From the NCBI GenBank assembly GCA_963796965.1, contig CAWCNS010000007.1, positions 224,001 to 288,000 on the forward strand: a stretch of 64,000 nt of DNA, written 5' to 3'. Below, in pieces: positions 33,177 through 45,037 of the stretch (within the stretch, counting starts at the first letter, position 1; the number at the start of each line of letters is the position of its first letter). The notes under the pieces are model-generated. The model was not told the DNA's origin. It saw only the letters and a list, made by a program, of their open reading frames with translations, and did not search any database. The DNA comes from Calditrichia bacterium. GTDB lineage: Bacteria > Calditrichota > Calditrichia > JAJRVZ01. Position numbers and translations under genes: made by a program.

Positions 33177-33904
33177 ATGCGGTTTCGCCTTCAGGTAGAA
33201 TATGACGGGTCAGCCTATTCTGGTTGGCAAGTACAAAATGGTCAGGTGACAATTCAAGGAGAAATTGAAAAAGCATTAACGACCATTTTTGGCATCAAAT
33301 TGGAATTATTGGTGCGGGGCGAACTGATAGTGGTGTACATGCTCGCGGCCAGGTCGCCCATTTTGATTCTGAAAGTGATATTGAAACATCCGGAAAATCC
33401 TGCGTTCTCTGAACGGGATCTTGAATAAAGATATTCGAATAACTGATAATTCAATCTGTAGATCCCGAATTTTCATGCCCGCTATAATGCTAAAATTACG
33501 TGTCTATCGGTATTACATCTCTCAAAAACCGATTGCATTATTATAGAAATTATTCTTGGCAAGTTTATTGGGGACTAAATCTTTCATATATGAATGATGC
33601 CTGCCAAATGGATCGCCGGATGTCATGATTTTAAAAGTTTTTGTCGCGAATTATCTGAGGTAGAAAATCACTTTTGCACCGTCCGTCTTGCCCAATGGGA
33701 GATGCAAGATGACATGATTGTTTTTCAATTGAAGCAAACCGTTTTCTTCATGGTATGGTTCGGGCACTGGTAGGGACATGGTTGATATCGGCAGGGGCAC
33801 CGTAAATCTGATGATATTATTAAAATTATTGAAGCAAAAAACCGCATCTTTGCAGGGCCTTCAGCACCCGCGAGGGTTTGGTGCTGGAAAAAGTACATTA
33901 TTAA
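33177..33904 (+). CDS. truA: tRNA pseudouridine(38-40) synthase (many apparent frameshifts)
   Basis: VEYDGSAYSGWQVQ; GAGRTDSGVHA, FHAR, HDFKSF and FLHGMVR fragments in shifting frames. Confidence 0.88.
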
Positions 33905-33928
33905 GCAATAGAATGGAAGGAGTCTTTA

Positions 33929-34578
33929 ATGAAAATTTTTATTGATACAGCAAATATAGATGAAATAAAAGAGGCGGCAAGTCTTGGTGTTCTCGATGGC
34001 GTTACTACAAATCCGACCCTGATATCCAGGGAAGAAGGACATCCGATGAAATTCTCAAGGAAATCTGTCAGATCGTTGATGGTCCGATCAGTGCCGAAGT
34101 CGTTGCTCTCGATTCGCCGGGTATGATTAAAGAGGGGACAGTTCTAGCGAAAATTCATAACAATATAGTTGTCAAGATTCCGATGACAACAGAAGGAATG
34201 AAAGCGGTGTATGCATTAAACGCCGATGGAATTCGCACAAATGTTACCCTTGTTTTTACTGCTATGCAGGCATTGTTAGCTGCAAAAGCCGGGGCAAGTT
34301 TTGTCAGTCCTTTTGTGGGACGATTGGATGATATTTCTACAGAAGGAATGGAGTCTGTATCCCAGATAGTGCAGATTTTCGGTAATTATAGCATACAGAC
34401 AGAAGTAATTGTTGCAAGTATTCGTAATCCCCTTCATGTTCTCGATGCTGCTTTGATGGGAGCAGATATCGCTACAATTCCCTTTAAAGTAATTGATCAA
34501 TTATCAAAACATCCTCTTACCGATAAAGGAATCGAAGAATTTCTGCGGGATTGGGAAAAAGTTAAAGCAAGAATGTAG
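33929..34578 (+). CDS. fsa: Transaldolase / fructose-6-phosphate aldolase (apparent frameshift near 34040)
   Basis: [36 protein letters not shown]. Confidence 0.92.
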
Positions 34579-34592
34579 TACAGATATTGAAC

Positions 34593-35809
34593 ATGAAAAA
34601 ATTATCCCTTAAATCTTTGTTTATATTTATTTTTGGTATTGTTGCTGGGTTTTTTATCTACCTGCATTTTAGTGCTGAATTTGGTCAGGATTCCGTTAGT
34701 CAGGATTCACTTTGGGTCGATCAATGCCAATGCTGATCTTCGAATGGGGAGATAACCGACGAATCTATATCAATCCCGCCAAAACAGCATTACAAAAGCG
34801 GTAGAGAGAGTTAAGTCCTACGGTTGTGGGAATTAACATTACTCCGTGAAAGAGAATTTGTCAGGCGAAGTCCTTTCTAGGAGCACGAAGATCCTATATT
34901 TAGGCAATTGTTTCCGGAACTTTTTAAAGATAAGCCGATATAAACATCAATCATTTTCCCTTGGTTCGGGTTTTATCATTTCTCCCGATGGTTATATTCT
35001 AACAAATGAGCATGTTGTGGAAAATGCTAAGGAGATTGAAGATAACGATGACGGATGGCACAAAAGCGAGGCAAGAATTATCGGAACTGATCCGACATCA
35101 GATGTGGCCTTACTTAAAATCGATTTGGAAAATATACCATTATGCAAAATTTGGAGATTCAGATAAGATTATATCGGGAGAATGGGCAATTGCCATAGGC
35201 AATCCTTTCGGATTGTTTGAGATTAACAGTCGGGCTACAGTAACAGTTGGTGTGATAAGCGCATTAAACAGAGATTTTGGTGAAATTGAAGGGCGGATGT
35301 ATCAGGATATGATTCAAACTGATGCATCTATTAACCAGGGAAATAGTGGTGGCCCGCTATGCAATGCCGTTGGTGAAGTCATTGGCATGAATACTTTTAT
35401 TTATATTGATAGAGGCAGAGGGTTCCGTTGGGATTGGATTTGCCATTCCGATAAACCGTATATCAAGACTCATCGAAGATTTAAAAGAAAACAAAACGAT
35501 TGACCGTAGATTTTTGGATCGGGATCCGTGTTCAGGATCTGGATCGAGAGAATTGCTCAAGAATATGGGTATGACAACGGGAATGGCGTCATTATATCAT
35601 ATATCGACAGACGAAGTCCTGCAGAAAAAGCGGGTCTCGAACTTGGAGATATCATCATTAAAATTGGTAATCATCCTATCTTAAATGCAAAAGATGTTGT
35701 AGAGGCAATATTTGAAGAGGATTACCGGGTTGGGGATTCAATGCCTGTAGAAGTTTGGCGTGAAGGAAAAGTATTTAAAACTGAACTGGACCTAATAAAG
35801 ATTAAATGA
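34593..35809 (+). CDS. HtrA/DegP-like serine protease with PDZ domain (many apparent frameshifts)
   Basis: [48 protein letters not shown]. Confidence 0.9.
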
Positions 35810-35816
35810 TAAAAAG

Positions 35817-37120
35817 ATGATTGAAAGATATACTTTACCTGAAATTGCTGAGATTTGGAGTGACAAAAATCGTTTTAAAATTTGGCTGGAAATTGAAATT
35901 CTTGCTGTAGAAGCCCTGGTTAAGCAAGGAATTGTCCCCGCGTCCGCATTTGAAAAAATTAAAGAAAAAGCAGATTTTGATGTAGCTCGAATTCTGGAGA
36001 TCGAGGAAGAAGTAAAACATGATGTAATTGCATTTCTGACTAATGTTGCTGAATATGTCGGTGAAGAAGCCCGTTATATACATTATGGTATGACTTCATC
36101 AGATGTTCTTGACACAGCTCTTGCTGTTCAGATGGTTCAGGCCGCTGGGCTTATTAAGGATCAGCTAAAATGACCTCATTAAAATTGTTGGAAAAAGAGC
36201 CCTAGAAACAAAGGATATGTTGATGGTTGGGCGCTCCCACGGAGTACATGCAGAACCAATTACATTTGGACTGAAATTAGCCTCTCTGGTATGATGAACT
36301 AAAGCGACAACATAGTCACGACTTGATGAGGCAATCGAATCAGTGCGGGTGGGGCAAATATCGGGCGCTGTAGGTACCTTCGATCATCTTAGTCCGGAAG
36401 TTCAGGATTTTGTTTGCGAAAAATTAGGACTAAAATCTGCAAATATATCTTCACAAATTTTACAACGTGACCGCCATGCCCATTATGCCAGCACCCTGGC
36501 AATAATTGGTGGGACATCTGGAAAAAATTGCTGTTGAGATAAGGCATCTGCAGCGAACGGAGGTACTTGAGGCCACGGAACATTTTTCCAAAGGGCAAAA
36601 AGGTTCGTCTGCTATGCCGCATAAGAAAAATCCGATTATTAGCGAACGGATTAGTGGGATGGTTCGGCTATTGAGAGGAAATGCACTTGCCGCTATGGAA
36701 AACATGGCATTGTGGCATGAAAGAGATATTTCGCATTCTTCGGTTGAGCGGGTTATCCTTCCTGATTCCACTATTACTCTCTATTATATGCTAAAAAAAA
36801 CATGCAATTTATACGGGATCTTGATTTGTATCCGGAGAATATGAAAAATAATATGGATATTAACCCATGGTTTAGTGTATTCTCAGGCTGTTTTTCTTGC
36901 TCTTACTCAAAAAGGGGTAAGTAGGGAAGATGCTTACCGGTTGGTCCAGCGCAATGCAATGAAGGTATGGGATGATCAGATTTCTTTTAAACATGCACTC
37001 AACCAGGATATAGAAATTGGAAAATCTCTGACAAAAGAGGAAATCGAGAGCCTTTTTAATATTGATAACAGATTAAAAAATCTTGATTCTATATTTAAAA
37101 AAGTCGGTTTAATTAATTAG
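35817..37120 (+). CDS. purB: Adenylosuccinate lyase (apparent frameshifts)
   Basis: [44 protein letters not shown]. Confidence 0.95.
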
Positions 37121-37131
37121 TGGAGGTATCG

Positions 37132-37843
37132 TTGGCGAGTAGAAAAATACTATACGACACAGGTTTAAAAAAGGTGTATGACGGAGATTCTGAAGACCAG
37201 CTGATCGTTGGTTTTAGTGATAACCTCATGGGCATTGACGGAAAACCTAATGGAAAAGTAAAAGGTAAGGCATCGGGTAATAATGCTATTTCAGCCCAAA
37301 TTTTTGAATATCTTAGCAGTTATAATATTTTAACACATTATATTTCAAAATTTAGCGATAAGGAAATGCAGGTCAAAAATCTGGACTTGATTCCAATAGA
37401 TATAATTATTGCAAATGTTGCAGATAAAGTCACTCAGCAAGAGATATGGTTTTGAGGATGGATCTATTTTGAGCACTCCGGTTATTGAATGTTATTATAA
37501 GAATGAGAAATTTAAAAATCCAATGGTTAATGAGTCCCATCTCTCGGCTCTTGATTTAATAACTACAGAAGAGATCCATTTATTTAACCGCATAATTGCC
37601 AAGACTAATGCTGTTCTTAGATCATATTTTGAACGACGAAACCTTTTTTTAACTGAATTGCGTTTACAAATTGGTCGTTATAGAGGTAATTTGTATATCG
37701 GTGACGAAATATCGCCAGATACCTGTAAATTTTGGGGGATAGAGGGCGAACTCAAGTATGACAAGGACAGTTACATAGTTGAAAAGAGTAATCAATCTAA
37801 TGCATATAAAAAAGTAATGGAAAAGCTAATAGGAAGCGCATAA
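37132..37843 (+). CDS. purC: SAICAR synthetase (apparent frameshift near 37430)
   Basis: GKA..NNAIS..IFEYL, THYI, DEISPDTCKFW; SD GGAGG before TTG 37132. Confidence 0.85.
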
Positions 37844-37844
37844 A

Positions 37845-38489
37845 ATGATTGCAACAGATGGAATAAAAATAATAATAATAACCGCTATGCTGTTATTTTC
37901 AGTCTCTTATTTTAACTTATTTTTTTCCAGTATGGGATTAAAAATATTATCAGTAATTCTTGCTATTGTTTTTCTATTTAATTTTTACTTTTTTCGCGAT
38001 CCCGAGCGTGTTATCCCTTCTGGAGAAAATCTGATTCTCTCCCCGGCAGATGGAACTGTGGTATTAATTGAAGAGGTTGAAGAGCCTTATTATTTTAAAG
38101 AGAAAGTGTTGAGAGTAAGTATCTTCTTATCTGTATTCAATGTACATGTTAACCGAATTCCGGTGAAAGGCAAGGTGGAATTTGTTAAGTATATTAAGGG
38201 GAAATTTCTGGTTGCATTTGCAGATAAAGCTTCTGAAGAGAACGAGCAATCAATAATTGGTATCCGCCATGAAAAGGGAAAGATCTTATTTAAACAAATT
38301 GCAGGTATTATAGCCCGTCGAATTGTCTATAATGTTGAAGAGGGCGATTCAGTCTCTGCGGGAGATCGTTTTGGTTTAATTCGATATGGTTCACGGGTTG
38401 ATGTATTTTTTCCAAAGAACACAAAACTAAATGTAAAACTTAAAGATAAAGTTGTTGGAGGTGAAAGTATCCTGGGAGAATTCGAATAA
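37845..38489 (+). CDS. psd: Phosphatidylserine decarboxylase proenzyme
   Basis: FFRDPER, SPADG, NVHVNR, RYGSRVD. Confidence 0.93.
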   Translation: MIATDGIKIIIITAMLLFSVSYFNLFFSSMGLKILSVILAIVFLFNFYFFRDPERVIPSGENLILSPADGTVVLIEEVEEPYYFKEKVLRVSIFLSVFNVHVNRIPVKGKVEFVKYIKGKFLVAFADKASEENEQSIIGIRHEKGKILFKQIAGIIARRIVYNVEEGDSVSAGDRFGLIRYGSRVDVFFPKNTKLNVKLKDKVVGGESILGEFE

Positions 38490-38490
38490 G

Positions 38491-39192
38491 ATGAAAGTCT
38501 CTCGTTCGATTGTACCCAGTTTTTTTACTGTCGGAAATATGTTTTGTGGTTTTTATTCAATCATTGCTGCTTTTAATGGCCGTATAACTCTTGCTGCCTG
38601 GTTGATATTTGCCGGAGCTTTTCTTGATGCAATGGATGGCAAAGTTGCCAGGTTTACAAAATCCTCAAGCCGTTTCGGTGTGGAATATGATTCTTTTGCG
38701 GATATTATTACTTTTGGATTAGCGCCATCTATTTTAATCTACACTGTATTTATGCATGATATGAAATTTGTTGGTATTCTTCTTAGTTTTTTACCCTTAT
38801 TATTTGGAGGGATTCGTCTGGCCCGATTTAACATTCAGTTGAAGGGTTTTGATAAAAATTATTTTTCTGGATTGCCAATTCCAGTGGCCGCACTTACCCT
38901 TTCTAGTTTTGTTATTTTTTCTAATTTTATTTATGGGAGTGTTGATAAATTTCCTAAAACGATGATTATTATGGTTTTTGTTGTATCCATATTGATGGTT
39001 AGTACAGTTCGATACGAGACTATGCCGACATTAAATTTCAAAGGATCAACGAAGGACAAGGTAAAAGTACTTCTGGTTATTTTAGGTTCAATTTTGTTAA
39101 TTCTTTTTCCTCATATTATGTTATTTCCATTTATGATTATTATATATTATGTCTGGTTTGGTGGTTTGGATATTGCGAATAAATACGGATAA
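38491..39192 (+). CDS. pssA: CDP-diacylglycerol--serine O-phosphatidyltransferase (3' end possibly frameshifted)
   Basis: DAMDGKVAR...FGVEYDSFAD, RLARFN, FSGLPIP; follows psd. Confidence 0.92.
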   Translation: MKVSRSIVPSFFTVGNMFCGFYSIIAAFNGRITLAAWLIFAGAFLDAMDGKVARFTKSSSRFGVEYDSFADIITFGLAPSILIYTVFMHDMKFVGILLSFLPLLFGGIRLARFNIQLKGFDKNYFSGLPIPVAALTLSSFVIFSNFIYGSVDKFPKTMIIMVFVVSILMVSTVRYETMPTLNFKGSTKDKVKVLLVILGSILLILFPHIMLFPFMIIIYYVWFGGLDIANKYG

Positions 39193-39215
39193 TTCTATTG
39201 AGAAGGATATATAAA

Positions 39216-39458
39216 TTGAAAGTCAAAGTTAAAGTATTATTAAAAGAAGGTATTTTTGATCCCCAGGGTAAAGCTGTTCATCATGCTATTCGGGACCTAA
39301 AATACAAGGGTGTTGAAGAGGTAAGAATTGGTAAATATATTGAACTCACCTTCGAAAACCTGGATAAGGCACTTGTCGAACAGGAAGCCAGAGAAATCTG
39401 TGATAAATTACTCGCAAATCCAGTAATGGAAAATTTTGATTTTGAAATTGAGGAGTAA
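39216..39458 (+). CDS. purS: FGAM synthase subunit PurS
   Basis: [20 protein letters not shown]. Confidence 0.95.
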   Translation: MKVKVKVLLKEGIFDPQGKAVHHAIRDLKYKGVEEVRIGKYIELTFENLDKALVEQEAREICDKLLANPVMENFDFEIEE

Positions 39459-39460
39459 AT

Positions 39461-40168
39461 GTGAAGATAGCTGTAATAGTTTTTCCTGGTTCCAATTGCG
39501 ATCACGATGCTTATTATGCATTGAAAAAGATTCTTGGTCAGCCAACTGACTTTGTTTGGCACAAGGAAACAAATCTATCAGATTATGACCTCATTGTTCT
39601 TCCAGGCGGCTTCTCATATGGTGATTATTTGCGCTGTGGCGCAATAGCCCGGTTTTCACCAGTGATGAAAGAGGTTGTAGCGAAGGCAAAAAATGGTGCG
39701 GGCGTCATCGGTATATGTAATGGATTTCAAATATTAACAGAATCCGGTCTTCTTCCTGGTGCTTTAATCCGCAACAACAATAGACAGTTTATTTGTAAAG
39801 ATGTTAATTTAAGAGTTAAAAATAGCAAGACGAATTTCACGCATCTCTGCAACGAAGGAAGTGTGCTTACAGTTCCAATCGCTCATGGAGAAGGAAATTA
39901 CTATTGCAGCAGGGAGGAATTGAAAGATCTTGAAATAAACAATCAGATTGTTTTTCAATATTGCACACCTGGTGGAAGTACAGGTCCGGAGGGTAATCCT
40001 AATGGATCTATTAATAATATCGCGGGTATAATTAACAAAGCAGGTAATGTTCTGGGAATGATGCCACATCCTGAACGTAATGCTGAAAGTATAATTGGGA
40101 ATTCTGACGGTAAAAAGATTCTGGATTCTCTGGTAGAAGAGTTATACAAGGAATTAAAATATGCGTAA
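39461..40168 (+). CDS. purQ: FGAM synthase glutaminase subunit
   Basis: [29 protein letters not shown]. Confidence 0.97.
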   Translation: MKIAVIVFPGSNCDHDAYYALKKILGQPTDFVWHKETNLSDYDLIVLPGGFSYGDYLRCGAIARFSPVMKEVVAKAKNGAGVIGICNGFQILTESGLLPGALIRNNNRQFICKDVNLRVKNSKTNFTHLCNEGSVLTVPIAHGEGNYYCSREELKDLEINNQIVFQYCTPGGSTGPEGNPNGSINNIAGIINKAGNVLGMMPHPERNAESIIGNSDGKKILDSLVEELYKELKYA

Positions 40169-40425
40169 AAAAAGTACGGCTTTTATTATATTTATCATTA
40201 TTCTCGGGGCTTTGATAGGAACAGCTTTGGGTGAAGTTATAGGTATACTTAGTACCAAATGGGGTTGTACAGGATTTTTTCCTTAAATCAGCCTCTGCAA
40301 GTGTAGGACCCGCCACTCTTGATATTATTCTTTTTACGATAACACTTGGCTTTTCATTTAAAATCAATGTCACCGGCATTATAGGAGTTTTAATAGCGGC
40401 ATATGCCTTACGTTGGGTCGATTAA
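40161..40425 (+). CDS. Small membrane protein, DUF4321-like (apparent frameshift near 40250; absent from the ORF track)
   Basis: [28 protein letters not shown]...[27 protein letters not shown]. Confidence 0.7.
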
Positions 40426-40447
40426 ATTATAAGAAAGGATAGATACT

Positions 40448-40699
40448 ATGTTTGGAATAGGAACAACAGAATTAGTTATTATCATGTTTATCATTCTCCT
40501 GATTTTCGGGGCAAAAAAACTGCCTGAACTCGCCCAGGGGTTGGGAAAGGGAATACGAGAGTTTAAAAAGGCCAGCAATGAAATTCAGGATGAATTAAAT
40601 TTTGACAGCACTGATCAGATCAAACCAACAACAGATACAACAAAATCTGATCCTGAGCCAAAATCAAAAGATGAAGAACCAATAAAAACAAATGATTAA
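40448..40699 (+). CDS. tatA: Twin-arginine translocase TatA
   Basis: LLIFGAKKLPELAQGLGKGIREFKKA. Confidence 0.95.
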   Translation: MFGIGTTELVIIMFIILLIFGAKKLPELAQGLGKGIREFKKASNEIQDELNFDSTDQIKPTTDTTKSDPEPKSKDEEPIKTND

Positions 40700-40903
40700 T
40701 GTAAACGATTATTAAACATGCTTTCTCATTGTGTATCTTATATACAATATCAGGTAATAATTAAGCACCCGATTGGCTGAAAATTTAAACGAATACTATA
40801 TAAATTTTGTATTTAGATAAAGTATTGGCTTAGATGTACTGTTATTTTCTTTCTTTTTATTCAGGAAATTCGTTATGTTGATTTACTAAAAGTATGATTC
40901 CTG

Positions 40904-41689
40904 ATGGATAAAAATTTTAAATATATCAGTAAGATTTGTTTTTGTCAGATAACGTTACCATTAATTATTTTTGCTTCCTTTTGTGTCACTTATGGCCAAA
41001 TCGGTTTAAAAGTGCAGGAGCCCCTGCCAGAAAATCAATATAGCGATACTTTAGGGGTGGTATTTCCCCATCCTGTTTTGCCATTGTGGAATTGGAGAAT
41101 CTTAAATGACCAATATTTGCAGGTTGAGAAATCTTCAGATGGATTAAACGTATATGATTATATCTCTCCTGATTATATGCCTCGAAATCCATTTGAATTA
41201 GATCTGCGGGGAACTTCAAATTATGTCCCGAGAGAAGTACGGGACGAGTTAAATCTTATCATGAATCGCCCCAGAGACGCTGCATTTCTGCCCATACTCC
41301 CGGTCGCCTTCCTGGCTCTTCAGCTAGCCAGCCAATATCTGCTTATTAGTAAAAAGATAGAAATAACCGCAGATAATATTCAAAATAGCAGAAGTGCTCT
41401 TTCTGTTTTGGAAGTTCTTTGGGCTGAGAGTCCCCAGACAATGACACAGATGTATAAACATCCCATTATCTCAAATAGTCATACCATGAATCAAATGCAG
41501 GATCTTGTTTACCTGCTTATCGATAATAAACTGGTGAAATCAAGGAAAATTGATAATGCGGAAACAAAATATTTTTCAGCAATAGATAAGTTACATTATG
41601 AGAATATATTAAGCAGAGCAAGGGCGAAGAAAGAGGAGTTATCCCAACCGGAATCTGCTCTGTTTGGGTCTGAGCAAGGAGAAAAATAA
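40904..41689 (+). CDS. Hypothetical protein with signal/TM segments and a possible C-terminal winged-helix domain
   Basis: Hydrophobic N-terminus, a second hydrophobic stretch, VLEVLWAESPQT...LLIDNKLVKSRK...KYFSAI. Confidence 0.6.
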   Translation: MDKNFKYISKICFCQITLPLIIFASFCVTYGQIGLKVQEPLPENQYSDTLGVVFPHPVLPLWNWRILNDQYLQVEKSSDGLNVYDYISPDYMPRNPFELDLRGTSNYVPREVRDELNLIMNRPRDAAFLPILPVAFLALQLASQYLLISKKIEITADNIQNSRSALSVLEVLWAESPQTMTQMYKHPIISNSHTMNQMQDLVYLLIDNKLVKSRKIDNAETKYFSAIDKLHYENILSRARAKKEELSQPESALFGSEQGEK

Positions 41690-41693
41690 ATAG

Positions 41694-41733
41694 AAAAAAG
41701 AGGCATAAGATATTTTATCTCCCTGCCTCTTTT
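41694..41733. terminator. Bidirectional terminator
   Basis: AAAAGAGGCA...TGCCTCTTTT between convergent genes. Confidence 0.7.
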
Positions 41734-41761
41734 AATGTGTAGCAGATAATTATTTAAATTA

Positions 41762-42784
41762 CTAAAAATTTACACCTTCCACATATTGGTATTTGATAAC
41801 AGCCTCACCACCATTCTGACTTGCGAAGTTTTTTGCAACAAATTGAAGTTTCGCGTGATTTCCGGTTGCCGTCCGCATGATATAAACATTTGAATTGATC
41901 GTTAATTGGTGGGTCTGGATATTATAATCATACCAGGAATCGCCAATAGCATATTCTTTTACCTGTTTAGTTGTGTCATCGGTAACATATTTCCCTGCAG
42001 GGACAGTCATAATACTGTCAAAATCCATATTATCATATACATAGGCTGCACAATTAGCTGGCCCGCTACTACCGCCATTTGAATATATGGTTGTAAAATC
42101 GCTAAAGAAGTCCCAGTTTAATGAAGTGGATGGATCACTCAATTCCATTATTGCAGCATCTTTTAGACTAAAATAGGTTGGCGAACCTGCTATTAAAGGG
42201 AGTCTGGCCATTAAAACCCTGCCGATAACAGATTCTGTCTCTGCATTTGCCGGAGGGGTAACTTTCGCAACAACGATGGTTAGTTCTCCATCAGTCCTGG
42301 ATGTGAAAACGGCATCGGATATCCAGAATTTATAATATTCTCCATCTATAGCCTTTATAACGTATGAGTCATCACCCGGATTAACCGTATGGGTATTGAT
42401 ATCATAAAAATACCAATTTTCACCTATATAGGGTCCGGATTGGTCATCGGTTTCAAAAATATCATCCGGGGCAGCTGTAATATCTTCAAATGGCATGCCG
42501 GGCATAATTTTAGCATATACCGAACCTGGAGCAGTTGCTCCGCCATTCATTTTAATGTTCGTTAGATTCTCAATTGAAATGTCCCAATCCGGTTCGAATA
42601 AGGGATCGCTAATGGCTACAGAAGACAATTCCTCAAATTTAAGATAATATATTTCCGAAGCGGTGACAGTGAGTTTGAGTGTTTGACCTTTGGGCTCACC
42701 ACCGAGAGGATCATTCTCATTTGTGGAACAACTCATTAATCCTAAAAAAATAAAAAGTGATAATAAAAAAACTAAGTACTTCAT
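41762..42784 (-). CDS. HmuY-like lipoprotein with two tandem domains
   Basis: Lipobox LMSC; the pattern WD..NGG...WY.Y...TH...Y(V/I)....G...K occurs twice; follows a TonB receptor. Confidence 0.8.
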   Translation of the reverse strand: MKYLVFLLSLFIFLGLMSCSTNENDPLGGEPKGQTLKLTVTASEIYYLKFEELSSVAISDPLFEPDWDISIENLTNIKMNGGATAPGSVYAKIMPGMPFEDITAAPDDIFETDDQSGPYIGENWYFYDINTHTVNPGDDSYVIKAIDGEYYKFWISDAVFTSRTDGELTIVVAKVTPPANAETESVIGRVLMARLPLIAGSPTYFSLKDAAIMELSDPSTSLNWDFFSDFTTIYSNGGSSGPANCAAYVYDNMDFDSIMTVPAGKYVTDDTTKQVKEYAIGDSWYDYNIQTHQLTINSNVYIMRTATGNHAKLQFVAKNFASQNGGEAVIKYQYVEGVNF

Positions 42785-42919
42785 TGAATTCTCCTTGGTT
42801 TATATTAAACTGTGAATTAGCCCAATTTTAACCATGATTAAGTTTAAAAGTTTAGGGCGTGTTTACATTAGAATAAACAAACTGTTATCTTTGCGACTTT
42901 GCGCTTTATACTATTCCCC

Positions 42920-45007
42920 TTAGTTTATTTGAATACCGACAAATATTAAACGCCCGGGAAGAGCGACAACCTCGCGATTCTGATAGTCAAAAATATTATT
43001 AATCTCAAGATAGACAGACAGGGGTTCATAAACCCTTTGTTGAACTCTGGTAAACCAAGTCGCATACCAGGGGGCTAAAATTTCTTCCCCCTGAAAGTTT
43101 ATATACAATCTGTCTCCAATATATCTCCATCGAATATTTCCGGAAAAACCGAAATCTGTGATATCCCAGTCAAATTTAACTCTCGCTGAATGTTTCGGTC
43201 GATTAAAAAATGGTTTATCCCGTGCAATATCGAGCGTTTCCAGGTAGCTATAGCCTAGAGTAAAGCGAAAATAATCCCAGAATCTAAACATGCCATCAAA
43301 TTCAAAACCCTGTGTTTTAGCTGCTGATAGATTTTCATAGGTATAATATTGGATTCCTTCATTGTCAGTATAAAGAAAAAGACTATTTATCATGTTTTTT
43401 AAATAATTGTGAAAAGCATTGAACTTGAAAATTGTCTGTGCTGACAAATGATACTCGATTCCCAAATTAAGACTCATTGAAGTTTCTGGTTGAAGGTTGG
43501 GGTTTCCATAAGCTATATATGGCTGTGACGTTAGTCCTGAGTGGTCAAGTTCAAGAAATAGTTCAATAAAGTTTGGTGCACGGAAACCGTTACTAAATGA
43601 ACCGCGGATGCGGAAATCTTCACCCGGTTTAATTAAAAATCCTACCTTCGGTGAATAATTCCAGTTAAATTCAGAGTGATAATCTACCCGCAATCCAAGA
43701 TTATATTCAATCCATCCATATATCACTTCATCCTGAACATAGAGAGAAGCATTCTGTACAGACTTAGACCCCCCATCGACCCTATTCGAAATTAATTTAT
43801 TATTAGTCACCTCGCTACCGATAGTTAAGATATGGTTCGAAATAGTCCTGTTATAGATGAACTCACCTTTACTTAAATCTTCAATATTTTGGACCAGCAT
43901 ATCTTCGCGAGATATGTTCTTGGTATAAGATGTATGAAAGAGACGGAAAATAAATTTTGATGAATTCTTTAATTCCCAATTATTATTTGCTGAGGCATAC
44001 CATGACTCAGTATCCGTAATGCGAAAACCTCCATCAAAGCCTTCCTGGCGTTGATTAAAATAATTACCACTTGCCTGAAGCGAATATGCATCCGAAACCT
44101 GGTGTTTTATTTTTCCAAAAAGAGTATAGTTGTTAAATGCATCGGCTGTCGTATTAGCGGTAGTGGGATCAAGGTCATATCCATCCGCCTTATGAAACTC
44201 TCCCGTAGTGAGGAAGCTGGTTTTATTTTGGGCAAAAGATAAGTCAAGTTTTGCATTACGCGCCTCATAGCTGCCTACATTTGCATTTCCAGCATAATTA
44301 AATAAATCTTCCGGGTCTTTCGTAATTATATTGATGACCCCTCCAACCGCTTCGCTGCCATATAAAGATGAAGCCGCTCCTTTAACGATTTCAATTCTTT
44401 CGATATTCTGAACTGATAAACGTGATAAGTCCAGTTGACCAGCAATCCTTCCAATTACTGGGGTTCCATCTACAAGAATCAAAGTATGTTCGTCATTTAA
44501 TCCCTGTAATTGGGCACTCAGCAGCCCACCACGGACGCCATCCTGATTAATAATAATTCCTGCACGCTCCTCTAAAACTTGTCCAACATTTTGGGCGCCA
44601 AGGTTTTTTATTTCATCCGCATGGATAACCTCTGTGGTAACTGGACTATCTTTAACCAAACGCTTTGTTCTGGTGCCAGTAACAACGATATTAGAGGCAT
44701 CATATATAGTCTCGGTCATACTTAAAATAAGGTCAGGGTTATCGCCGTCAACGACAATTATTGTGGGACCGGATTTAAGACGATAGCCAACAAAATCCAC
44801 TTTCAATATGTACTCACCATCAGGAATATTTTTTATTGAAAACTTTCCATTTTTATCAGAGGCTGTACCAAATGGCGTACTTTCAATGTAGATATTTGCG
44901 CCGACTACTGGTAATCCGGAATCTTCAAAGACTATTCTTCCGGAGATTGAGGAAGCGATAGAGGAAGTAACCAAAAAAAGTAGGATATATATGACAACAA
45001 TACGCAT
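42920..45007 (-). CDS. TonB-dependent outer membrane receptor (HmuR/CirA-like)
   Basis: CarboxypepD-like N-domain, IVVTGTRT, ILVDG, IERIEIVKGAASSLYGSEAVGGVINIITK, GFRAP, GNPNLQPE; SD GGAG before ATG 45007. Confidence 0.93.
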   Translation of the reverse strand: MRIVVIYILLFLVTSSIASSISGRIVFEDSGLPVVGANIYIESTPFGTASDKNGKFSIKNIPDGEYILKVDFVGYRLKSGPTIIVVDGDNPDLILSMTETIYDASNIVVTGTRTKRLVKDSPVTTEVIHADEIKNLGAQNVGQVLEERAGIIINQDGVRGGLLSAQLQGLNDEHTLILVDGTPVIGRIAGQLDLSRLSVQNIERIEIVKGAASSLYGSEAVGGVINIITKDPEDLFNYAGNANVGSYEARNAKLDLSFAQNKTSFLTTGEFHKADGYDLDPTTANTTADAFNNYTLFGKIKHQVSDAYSLQASGNYFNQRQEGFDGGFRITDTESWYASANNNWELKNSSKFIFRLFHTSYTKNISREDMLVQNIEDLSKGEFIYNRTISNHILTIGSEVTNNKLISNRVDGGSKSVQNASLYVQDEVIYGWIEYNLGLRVDYHSEFNWNYSPKVGFLIKPGEDFRIRGSFSNGFRAPNFIELFLELDHSGLTSQPYIAYGNPNLQPETSMSLNLGIEYHLSAQTIFKFNAFHNYLKNMINSLFLYTDNEGIQYYTYENLSAAKTQGFEFDGMFRFWDYFRFTLGYSYLETLDIARDKPFFNRPKHSARVKFDWDITDFGFSGNIRWRYIGDRLYINFQGEEILAPWYATWFTRVQQRVYEPLSVYLEINNIFDYQNREVVALPGRLIFVGIQIN

Positions 45008-45037
45008 TAAATTCTCCAAATATAAATATTAGTAGTA

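Noticed and set aside
40032..40379. 115-aa minus-strand ORF, and similar short antisense ORFs throughout the track
   Set aside because: Shadows of real genes (purQ, the DUF4321-like gene, etc.) with no recognisable motifs
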